32,442 bases of DNA, taken from a virus. Lineage: Duplodnaviria; Caudoviricetes. A program made the position numbers and the translations under genes. The DNA lies in the IMG/VR virus record IMGVR_UViG_3300030330_001942, positions 1 to 32,442 of that record, one strand, 5' to 3'. Of this stretch, positions 18,679-25,776 are shown piece by piece. The notes under the pieces are model-generated. The model worked only from the letters and a program-made list of their open reading frames with translations. It had not been told where the DNA came from and did no database searches. Position 1 is the first letter of the stretch. The number at the start of each line of letters is the position of its first letter.

Positions 18679-18837
18679 TTATTTTTTTGAACCCTTTGCG
18701 TAATTAGGGTCTTTACAATATTTACTAGCAGCCATATTAGCGTAAGCAGAAGGGTACTTATCAAAAGTCCTCTTTGCCCAAGCTATACCTGCTGCACAAA
18801 TTTTATTTCCTTTTCTTTTAGTTTTCTTTTTTGCCAT
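18679..18837 (-). CDS. 52-aa Lys-rich microprotein
   Basis: Not in the track: MAKKKTKRKGNKICAAGIAWAKRTFDKYPSAYANMAASKYCKDPNYAKGSKK. Confidence 0.75.
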   Translation of the reverse strand: MAKKKTKRKGNKICAAGIAWAKRTFDKYPSAYANMAASKYCKDPNYAKGSKK

Positions 18838-18840
18838 GAT

Positions 18841-19002
18841 TTAATAACCTGATTCTGTCATTCTTCTAGAAGGGTTTCCACTCATTTGACCATCCATTGT
18901 CTTGGCAAATTCAACTGCTTGTGCTTTTCCAACTGCATTGTAAGGAAAGCTTCTTTTCATTTTTTTCCCAGTGTCTGGGCACTTATAACTAACTGTAGGC
19001 AT
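18841..19002 (-). CDS. 53-aa basic microprotein
   Basis: MPTVSYKCPDTGKKMKRSFPYNAVGKAQA. The ATG at 19002 is preferred over the track start at 19035. Confidence 0.7.
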   Translation of the reverse strand: MPTVSYKCPDTGKKMKRSFPYNAVGKAQAVEFAKTMDGQMSGNPSRRMTESGY

Positions 19003-19165
19003 TTTTATTTCTTTTAGGTTTATACGTTGAGGCAAAAGATTGTAGACCTTGCAGACCAGCTATCTTTCTTCTTTTTTTCATTTTCGTAGTCTTCTTTCTT
19101 TTTTTAGCTTCTGCAAGTTTTTTATTATACTCGTTTAAATAATTGTAATCTTTTTCTTCTGCCAT
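18989..19165 (-). CDS. 58-aa Lys-rich microprotein
   Basis: MAEEKDYNYLNEYNKKLAEAKKRKK. ATG at 19165 lies just downstream of the promoter element at 19182-19189. Confidence 0.6.
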   Translation of the reverse strand: MAEEKDYNYLNEYNKKLAEAKKRKKTTKMKKRRKIAGLQGLQSFASTYKPKRNKNAYS

Positions 19166-19181
19166 CTTTTTATTATTTTTA

Positions 19182-19189
19182 CAAAGATA
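19182..19189 (-). promoter_or_regulatory. -7 promoter element (TATCTTTG) heading the basic microprotein array
   Basis: TAnnTTTG in the divergent gap 19166-19202. Confidence 0.6.
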
Positions 19190-19202
19190 CAAATTTAATA
19201 AA

Positions 19203-19634
19203 ATGCAATTTGATTATTTAAAATACTGGAGAGTTGTCCGTTATTGGATAAAATCACAGTATGGTCTTACCACTGGAGAACTAGATATGTTATTGTTTCT
19301 CTACACCGAAGATTACTTTAGTAAAGATAAGTTTCAAGAGTTTGACGAACTATTAAGTTGGAATGTAAATAGATTCGATAAGTTGTTGAAAGAGAAGTGG
19401 ATAGTAGTATTTAGAAAACGTTCTGGTAAACAAAAAGCGTTGTATGAATTATCTTACAAAGCAAAGCGTGTAATAAACAGTATATACAAAAAACTAAACG
19501 GAGAAGAAATACCTAGTTCTAAAACTAATCCTATGTTTTTACGTAAGGTTTCCTACACAGATAAAGTGTATAGAAACTTTATAAAAGAAATGAATAAGTC
19601 TATACGACAACAACAACGTCTCTCTCAGAAATAA
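19203..19634 (+). CDS. Winged helix-turn-helix (MarR-like) DNA-binding protein
   Basis: YGLTTGELDMLLFLY...FDKLLKEKWIVVFR...LYELSYKAKRVI. It is the only credible plus-strand gene in the left arm. Confidence 0.6.
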   Translation: MQFDYLKYWRVVRYWIKSQYGLTTGELDMLLFLYTEDYFSKDKFQEFDELLSWNVNRFDKLLKEKWIVVFRKRSGKQKALYELSYKAKRVINSIYKKLNGEEIPSSKTNPMFLRKVSYTDKVYRNFIKEMNKSIRQQQRLSQK

Positions 19635-19866
19635 TAGTACAAGGCTTGTTGTCTATTAGCATAGTGTAACCGCTACGACTATCATAATATATAATATCAT
19701 TAGCTTTTAAGTTTTGCACTTCTGTCCCTGGCTTGATTACTTTGGCTTTTCTATACCTAAGAGCGTCCTTGTCTTTGTCTGATAATAACAATCCTGAGTC
19801 TGTAGTTATTTCTTCATCGATTATATCTACTGCGATATACTTATTGAGTGGCTGCATTTGCTTCAT
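19600..19866 (-). CDS. groES: Co-chaperonin GroES
   Basis: MQPLNKYIAV...TTDSGLLL...AKVIKPGT...IISERDVVVVV, overlapping the end of groEL. Confidence 0.85.
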   Translation of the reverse strand: MKQMQPLNKYIAVDIIDEEITTDSGLLLSDKDKDALRYRKAKVIKPGTEVQNLKANDIIYYDSRSGYTMLIDNKPCTIISERDVVVVV

Positions 19867-21469
19867 ATGTTCTTGCCATTGTTATAATAGCGTTAGTACT
19901 AAGTATGGTTGTTGCAACTGACACTGCATTCATCAATGCGTGCTTGGTAACTTTCAATGGGTCAATGACTCCTAGTTCAAGCAAGTCTCCATACATTTCA
20001 TTTTTAACATCATACCCGTGGCGTGGGTGTATTATACCTTCATAGATTTCATCTGCATTCAATCCAGCATTCTCAAGTATCTGCTCAAGTGGAGCCTTCA
20101 AGGCTCTACCTAAAATTGCGTAAGCAATTTTTCGAGAATTTTTTTTGCAGGTATCTGAAAGCTTTTCATATTCTTTGGCTATACTATATAGAACCGTTCC
20201 ACCACCAGGTAGTATACCTTCTGTCAAAGCAGAGCGTACAGCACATACCGCATCATCTACTCTGTCATATAATTCTTTTTGTTCCAAGTCAGTTTGACCA
20301 CCGACATGTATCACACCAATCCCCCCAGTCAAAGATGCTATTCGAGATAAGATAAAATCTTTATCTGCTTTTTTTGTCGCCAACTTATGACTGTCCCACA
20401 GTTGTTTTACTCTTTCCTCTACTACAGCATCCGTAACTTCGGGGTCTTTGATAATGACTGTAGAGTCTCTCCCAACTATCACCTTGGAAGCATGACCTAA
20501 GTCATTAAAAGTAATCAGGCTTAAATCATCACCAGTTTTTTCTGAAAAATATTTTGCGTTCACTGACACAGCAATATCTTGCATAAGCTCTTGTTGTTTG
20601 TAACCAAATTGTGGTGGAGAGATTTGACATACATTTAATTTTTTCTTTACAACGTTTGCTGCCAAAGTATTCAATACATTCTCACTTACATTACAAATCA
20701 ATAGTAATCTTTTGTTTTGTTGAATGATTGGTTTCAGTATGCCTTCAATATTTAAAATGTTTTCAACTGTATTATCACACACAAGTATGTGTACGTCTTC
20801 CATAATACACTCGTCTTTCTTTTGGTCGTTGATAAACAAAGGAGAGTTCATTCCTTTCTCAACCTTTATGCCTGTAGTAACTTCACTATAAGTATCACTT
20901 GTCTGAGAACGCTCAACCGTAACGATTCCATTCTTACCAACTTGATTGTACGTGTCTGATATAATAGTTCCTATATCTTTATCTCCGTTTGCAGATATAA
21001 CAGCAACGTCTTTCAATCTACGCTTTGTAATTTTTTGTGAATGCTTTTTCAGTTCTTTCACAATGTTGTCAAGCTCTGTGTTTATTGCACGTAGTATTTC
21101 TGTTCGATTAACATTCTGTTTCATTAACTCATCACCAGCTTTTACTAATGCCTCTGTCAAAACAATCGCAGTTGTAGTTCCATCTCCAGCTGAGGTTGCA
21201 GTATTGTTTGCTGCTTGCTTCATCATAGTGACTGCTAAATTTTCTACGGGGTGTAGTAAGTTTACAGAACGAGCAACAGTAACTCCATCTTTGGTAACTG
21301 TCATGCCTTGTGATTGGCTTGGAGATTCTATCAACACAGTATGACCTCTTGGGCCTAGTGTAGATTTTACAGCGTTAGCGATTTGTGTGATTCCTTTGAT
21401 TAGTGATGTTCTGCCTGAGTCTCCAAATCTCAGGTCTTTAGGCGTGTAGCCTCCTGCTTGTGGGTTCAT
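19841..21469 (-). CDS. groEL: Chaperonin GroEL
   Basis: TLGPRG, VTKDGVTVA, AGDGTTTA, ISANGD, EGILPGGG and GVIDPLKV motifs in 542 aa. Confidence 0.96.
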   Translation of the reverse strand: MNPQAGGYTPKDLRFGDSGRTSLIKGITQIANAVKSTLGPRGHTVLIESPSQSQGMTVTKDGVTVARSVNLLHPVENLAVTMMKQAANNTATSAGDGTTTAIVLTEALVKAGDELMKQNVNRTEILRAINTELDNIVKELKKHSQKITKRRLKDVAVISANGDKDIGTIISDTYNQVGKNGIVTVERSQTSDTYSEVTTGIKVEKGMNSPLFINDQKKDECIMEDVHILVCDNTVENILNIEGILKPIIQQNKRLLLICNVSENVLNTLAANVVKKKLNVCQISPPQFGYKQQELMQDIAVSVNAKYFSEKTGDDLSLITFNDLGHASKVIVGRDSTVIIKDPEVTDAVVEERVKQLWDSHKLATKKADKDFILSRIASLTGGIGVIHVGGQTDLEQKELYDRVDDAVCAVRSALTEGILPGGGTVLYSIAKEYEKLSDTCKKNSRKIAYAILGRALKAPLEQILENAGLNADEIYEGIIHPRHGYDVKNEMYGDLLELGVIDPLKVTKHALMNAVSVATTILSTNAIITMARTYEANAATQ

Positions 21470-21492
21470 AGTAAATTCAATTTAATTTATAG

Positions 21493-21500
21493 CAAATATA
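21493..21500 (-). promoter_or_regulatory. -7 promoter element (TATATTTG) for groEL-groES
   Basis: TAnnTTTG about 24 bp upstream of the ATG. Confidence 0.6.
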
Positions 21501-21605
21501 CAAACTTATAATTAATAAAGTATGTAGGTTTTACCAGCTCATACATATATATATATTTATATACGTACTATTAAAAAAGTTTTTGAATACAGATTCGTTT
21601 TGAAA

Positions 21606-21705
21606 TCGACATAATCGACATAAGTATTTAAAATCAATTACTTACATTTTTATTATCGACATATTATTGACATAAAAACAACATAGATGTTTATAACTCG
21701 ACATA
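21606..21705. repeat. Iteron-like (T)CGACATA repeat array with central IHF-consensus site, copy A
   Basis: CGACATA at 21607, 21616, 21657 and 21699, with variants TGACATA at 21668 and CAACATA at 21679. AATCAATTACTTA (21632-21644) matches WATCAANNNNTTR. An alternating AT tract lies at 21541-21563. Confidence 0.8.
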
Positions 21706-21734
21706 AAAAAAGAGGATAACAGTATGCTATCCTC
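21705..21734 (-). terminator. Intrinsic terminator
   Basis: Minus strand reads GAGGATAGCA-TAC-TGTTATCCTC followed by T7, downstream of 21768..21953. Confidence 0.8.
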
Positions 21735-21767
21735 CTCTCTCAACAAACAAACAAACAAACTAATCGT

Positions 21768-21953
21768 TTACATTTCGTATATATCTTTGTCTCCGTCCAT
21801 TCTCATCTTCGCTCTTTCAATTCCATCTGCAATACAGTCTATCTTATATTGTTTCTTCATTTGCTTTCTGTACATAGCGGCCATTTCAATACCCATCACA
21901 GACTGAGGACGCATGTTTATTAGCCTACCATTTTTAATTGTTAATCCTTCCAT
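21768..21953 (-). CDS. 61-aa hypothetical protein, monocistronic
   Basis: MEGLTIKNGRLINMRP. It has a TATCTTTA element at 21966-21973 and its own terminator. Confidence 0.7.
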   Translation of the reverse strand: MEGLTIKNGRLINMRPQSVMGIEMAAMYRKQMKKQYKIDCIADGIERAKMRMDGDKDIYEM

Positions 21954-22366
21954 GATTTTTTTTTGTAAAGATACAAAATTTATATGAGATAATTAGAGGG
22001 GGAAGGCTCCATACCGATATACGCTGTGTGCCGCTCACAGAAACTAACAATTTTTTTGCCAGGTGGGGGTCAATTTTTTTTCGTTTTGGTCAAATTTTTT
22101 TAGCTTTTTGCAAATACGCTTTCCAGGTTACTAGCATTTTATTTTATAGTCATTTGTCGATGTCATTTTACGCTAATAACAAAACAAAATAAGCGATTTA
22201 GGGGGAATTACTTTATAATTTTAATATCGGGGTAAATATTAAAACTTTAATGCTCTTAAACAGAGATTAAAGGCCGCCTAATAACCGCCTAAAAACACCC
22301 CAAATAAAACTAATTGAACACGCTCCAGGAAAATTTTTGTAACACTCTGAACAACAGATATAAAAC

Positions 22367-22390
22367 GAATTAGTCGTATACGACCAATTC
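22367..22390. promoter_or_regulatory. Palindromic site GAATTAGTCG-TATA-CGACCAATTC
   Basis: 24-bp inverted repeat with one A/C mismatch. Related copies lie at 25194, 27233 and 6301. Confidence 0.6.
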
Positions 22391-22416
22391 AAGCCAAAAA
22401 AATACTGGTAAAAACA

Positions 22417-22448
22417 TTTGCATATATGATAGAATTAGTTTATTATTA
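22417..22448 (+). promoter_or_regulatory. Probable first early promoter (TTTG...TATTATTA, variant -7)
   Basis: Same 20-bp spacer as the promoters at 25322 and 27274, but the -7 box is degenerate. Confidence 0.4.
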
Positions 22449-22576
22449 CACTATGAATGCACGAACAATAGACAAAAGCTTGACAAACTGGAGTTTTTCC
22501 AGGTTTGCAGCCGACAATATTAGGAGTAAATTCAAGGGTAATATTGCCCGCAAAATCTCATAAAAAAACAAAACAA

Positions 22577-23281
22577 ATGAGAAATTTATTAGAAATGGAA
22601 AGAAGTATGCTAGAAAATTGCAGCACTTTTCAAAGCACGTTTAACGAACTAGACTTGTTGAATGAGCAAATTAACACCAGTTATGAAACCAAATTGAAAG
22701 CTAAAATCAAGCAAGGCAAACTAGCTATTGAATGTAAAAAATGGTTAAAAAAGCCGACTACAAAAAGAATGTTTGAAAGCAATGATTTATTAATCTGGAG
22801 CATTGATGAAATGGCAATGAAGTTTTTTAACGTTAAGCAAAGCCAAATGAACAGAATGGCCAAAGCTTACAAAAGCACTCAAGCGAACAGCGAACATTTT
22901 CAAAATTTCCTGGATAAGTGTAATGAAGAAGAAGAAAATGGCAAAAATGTCGTTCGTTCAATTGACAATTTCAACAAATATGTGAAAGGTTTAGTAACAG
23001 ATAACCAGGAAAATGTATCAGCTACGATACCAACAATTTTCACAATGGCGTTTAAAATTACAGAAGTGGAGCAAAATGCACAGCGTAATATTGCTATTCG
23101 CATAAATGAGAACAGAGAGATTACCACTCAAAACAGCGTTGAGGAAATTCAGCAAGCTATTGACTTTTTATCAGCTGCAATTGTTAACAACCACGAGGAT
23201 ATTGACAATGAAAACAGCCCAATTGCGAGCGAAACTTTTGTTGATATTGACACTGGAATATCAGTTGGAATTGTTGAATAA
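22577..23281 (+). CDS. Hypothetical early protein (helical, acidic tail)
   Basis: ATG at 22577 after an A-rich leader is preferred over TTG 22505. No family recognised. Confidence 0.7.
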   Translation: MRNLLEMERSMLENCSTFQSTFNELDLLNEQINTSYETKLKAKIKQGKLAIECKKWLKKPTTKRMFESNDLLIWSIDEMAMKFFNVKQSQMNRMAKAYKSTQANSEHFQNFLDKCNEEEENGKNVVRSIDNFNKYVKGLVTDNQENVSATIPTIFTMAFKITEVEQNAQRNIAIRINENREITTQNSVEEIQQAIDFLSAAIVNNHEDIDNENSPIASETFVDIDTGISVGIVE

Positions 23282-23305
23282 ATTACTAATTAAAACACAC
23301 ACACA

Positions 23306-24412
23306 ATGAAAAATTTAATCGGAAAAAAGTATAATAACCTAAGCAATTTAGCCCTCAACAGAAATGGGAGCGAACGTTCCAGGACAGTTGTACAGAGTTA
23401 TCAGTGTAGCCCTAACCCTGAAAACTACGCCTTTACACCTTTTGAAATTGATTTAAGAGGTATGAATGCGAGACAGAGAGCGGGCAACATAACTAGAACA
23501 GCAGAGAGCGGCCAATATGTTTACCACTCTAATTTTACTATCGGTATGGAAGTTGAAAAATCGAGAATATCTAGAGAGGTACTAAGCGGCAGCCAGTTGC
23601 AACATTTTTGCCAGTTAATGAAAGGTATTGAGCGAGACGGCAGCTGCGGTCTTGAAGCAATTACAAATGTATTGCCGCTCCTTCCTCAAAGCTTATGGCG
23701 AAACAAAATGTTTAATTTGATGTATGAAGCGGAGACCTTAATTGATGAAGCTTACAGCCAGTCTGATGAGATGAATTCTAGAGGGTCTTATCTATGCGGT
23801 GGCCATATTACTATCGCTAGCCGAAACCACTCAGCAAGCGAGTTAAACAGACTTATGAGACCTTATTACGCTATCTTATATGCACTTAACCGCAAGCGAC
23901 TAGCTAACCAGTATTGCTGCGAGAATATCACAGCGAGAACGAATGATGAGAGCAGAGATGATAGAATTGGAGCGGGACACACGAAATACCAGCCAATTTT
24001 TGAAAAGCCAGGCGGCAAATTACTGGAGTTTCGCTTATGGAGTAGATTTACCAGTGTTAAGCAAATGATTAACAGATACAAGTTAATGCATTTACTGGTT
24101 GATTTTGCGGTCAACGATAGAGGGACTTATGCTAAGTTTATCAAAAAAGCTAGACCAATTTTACTAGCAATGTATAACAATAATGCAGCGAAAGTTGATG
24201 ACTTAATCCAGTTGTCAAGAGCGTTTGTCAAGATGTTATGCACTAACAAGATAAACGAAAAGGTTGCTAGTTTCATTTATGTTAGACACTTGCACAGAGA
24301 ATATCTAGACAGATTATCTTCGGGGGACAGAACTTATTTGAAAAAGATTACGACCCGCACAGCTTATAGACAGCTAATAAATGGTCAGATAAGATTCGCT
24401 AGCAGAAGATGA
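23306..24412 (+). CDS. Putative amidoligase (COOH-NH2 ligase, glutamine synthetase-like fold)
   Basis: FTIGMEVE (ExE), ERDGS, LEA, CGGHIT, KY and LEFR motifs occur in the expected order. Confidence 0.75.
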   Translation: MKNLIGKKYNNLSNLALNRNGSERSRTVVQSYQCSPNPENYAFTPFEIDLRGMNARQRAGNITRTAESGQYVYHSNFTIGMEVEKSRISREVLSGSQLQHFCQLMKGIERDGSCGLEAITNVLPLLPQSLWRNKMFNLMYEAETLIDEAYSQSDEMNSRGSYLCGGHITIASRNHSASELNRLMRPYYAILYALNRKRLANQYCCENITARTNDESRDDRIGAGHTKYQPIFEKPGGKLLEFRLWSRFTSVKQMINRYKLMHLLVDFAVNDRGTYAKFIKKARPILLAMYNNNAAKVDDLIQLSRAFVKMLCTNKINEKVASFIYVRHLHREYLDRLSSGDRTYLKKITTRTAYRQLINGQIRFASRR

Positions 24413-24444
24413 TTCGCACAGCTGGGCATCTGTATAAACTGCTC

Positions 24445-24493
24445 CTGTTTACCAGTGTGTACTGGTACTGATGAAGCCAAAAGGCAGAAACAG
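24445..24493 (+). ncRNA. Type III hammerhead ribozyme (variant)
   Basis: CUGU-U / stem I UACCAGU-GUGU-ACUGGUA / CUGAUGA / A-GCC-AAAA-GGC-A / GAA-ACAG. Predicted cleavage after U24449 (GUU triplet). The base of stem II is an A.A mismatch. Confidence 0.78.
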
Positions 24494-24517
24494 ATTTAAT
24501 AATTTAAAACAAATATT

Positions 24518-25195
24518 ATGAACACACACACACGTTATATGAACGCAAAAGTTAAGCTCACAAAAGCTCAACGCACTAACCTAAAATATGTCTTAGAGTC
24601 ATATTTCTTTCAACAAGTAACACCACACAAATTAGAACATTACAGATGTAAATTTGTCAAGACTTTATCAGACAGCCAAAGGAGTAGCAGCGAGTATTTT
24701 GCAAGGTGGGAAGCCAAAGGACTTTCGTTTCCAATAGCTTGCAATACCTGGGGGAGCCAAACTTTTAGATTAAACGCCAGGCAATTTAAACCTTTGCAAG
24801 ATTTATTTCAAATCACTCAGCATGTTAGTTTAAAAACCAGCAATCAAAGATGGCTGGAGTTGAACTGGAGCAGAGTACATTTAGTTGAAGATGTTTTGCC
24901 GCTAATTGTTGCAGCACAAACAAAAGCAAACACGCTAATGCACAAGAGACAACAATCGGACAAGAGAGACCACGATTTTGTGGTGCGAATGATTAGAAAG
25001 TATAATATAATTAGATTCGATTCAGCAATTAGGTGGGTATGTGCGAGAGATTTAAGAGACTATCACTACCGATTCGGGAGCAAGATATTTAATCGAGGCG
25101 AACTGGAAATGCTTTACAAATGTAGCGACAGAATAAGAGTTGAAAAGGCAACAATAGTAATGGCCGAACAGCTTGGAAATTACGAGTTAAGCTAA
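24518..25195 (+). CDS. Hypothetical early protein
   Basis: 225 aa basic ORF with an A-rich leader. No family recognised. Confidence 0.7.
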   Translation: MNTHTRYMNAKVKLTKAQRTNLKYVLESYFFQQVTPHKLEHYRCKFVKTLSDSQRSSSEYFARWEAKGLSFPIACNTWGSQTFRLNARQFKPLQDLFQITQHVSLKTSNQRWLELNWSRVHLVEDVLPLIVAAQTKANTLMHKRQQSDKRDHDFVVRMIRKYNIIRFDSAIRWVCARDLRDYHYRFGSKIFNRGELEMLYKCSDRIRVEKATIVMAEQLGNYELS

Positions 25196-25213
25196 TTAGT
25201 CGTACACGACCAA
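25194..25213. promoter_or_regulatory. Palindromic site AATTAGTCG-TACA-CGACCAA
   Basis: Copy of the 22367 motif at the stop codon of 24518..25195. Confidence 0.6.
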
Positions 25214-25217
25214 AAGA

Positions 25218-25245
25218 GAGGCCGCTTTATGCGGTCTTTTTTTTT
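25218..25245 (+). terminator. Intrinsic terminator
   Basis: GAGGCCGC-TTTAT-GCGGTCTT hairpin followed by a T run. Confidence 0.85.
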
Positions 25246-25254
25246 GGCCGAACC

Positions 25255-25285
25255 GCTCACCCTGCGAACCCTGCTCACCCTGCAA
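25255..25285. repeat. 9-bp-period tandem repeat (ACCCTGCnn x3)
   Basis: gctc accctgcga accctgctc accctgcaa. Confidence 0.75.
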
Positions 25286-25321
25286 ATGAAGTATGCGAAA
25301 TAAAAATTCGTATAAAATAAA

Positions 25322-25353
25322 TTTGGTAATGTCTAAATGTTTTCGTATCTTTG
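25322..25353 (+). promoter_or_regulatory. Bacteroidota housekeeping-sigma promoter
   Basis: TTTG (25322) - 20 bp - TATCTTTG (25346). Confidence 0.8.
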
Positions 25354-25416
25354 TCTAAATTAATCAGAGGTCAGAGGACAAATACAAGAAGTCCAAACCT
25401 CACAAACAAATAAACT

Positions 25417-25770
25417 ATGTGTATAATTATTGTAAAGTCGAAAGACAAAAGAGTATCGCCAGAGATACTTAAAAATTCATCACGCATAAACCCACACGGG
25501 CTAGGCGTAATTTTTCTGGATACCAATGAAGTCAAATACTATCAATCGAAAGAATGGAAAGTGCTTGACAACGACAGACCATATATCGCTCATTTCAGAT
25601 ATGCAACCAAAGGTAAAATCAACAGAGCCAACACACACCCATTTGTATGCGGCAGCAATACTAATGAATTGCTAATGCACAATGGAACTATTGCTGGATA
25701 TGGAACTACCGATATGTGCGACAGCAAGCAGCTTGCTAATCAGCTTGGTGCTATTGCTAGGCCGCAATGA
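25417..25770 (+). CDS. Class II (Ntn) glutamine amidotransferase, N-terminal part, ending at an in-frame TGA
   Basis: N-terminal MCIII (Cys2), NPHGLG, HFRYAT.G, NTHPF, MHNG and DS motifs. Confidence 0.85.
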   Translation: MCIIIVKSKDKRVSPEILKNSSRINPHGLGVIFLDTNEVKYYQSKEWKVLDNDRPYIAHFRYATKGKINRANTHPFVCGSNTNELLMHNGTIAGYGTTDMCDSKQLANQLGAIARPQ

Positions 25771-25776
25771 AGTGCA

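Noticed and set aside
169-20355. Plus-strand track ORFs in the left arm (e.g. 169..429, 1069..1350, 9697..10512, 11817..12665, 16435..16851, 18056..18690, 19848..20355)
   Set aside because: They are antisense shadows of well-supported minus-strand genes, with no motifs or leaders.
21606-21705. CGACATA repeats as a CRISPR array
   Set aside because: The units are 7-8 bp with 9-41 bp spacing, not 25-45 bp repeats with unique spacers. No cas genes are present.
22468-22546. c-di-GMP-I riboswitch
   Set aside because: Two hairpins are present, but the GNRA loop/receptor and conserved junction nucleotides are missing.
23763-23769. CTGATGA inside the amidoligase gene (also at 26836)
   Set aside because: There is no flanking stem I/II/III or correctly placed GAAA. 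Both lie in coding sequence.
24418-24444. Pistol ribozyme or preQ1 riboswitch
   Set aside because: It has a pseudoknot with an A-rich linker, but lacks pistol P2/P3 and the preQ1-I loop consensus. Kept only as a generic pseudoknot.
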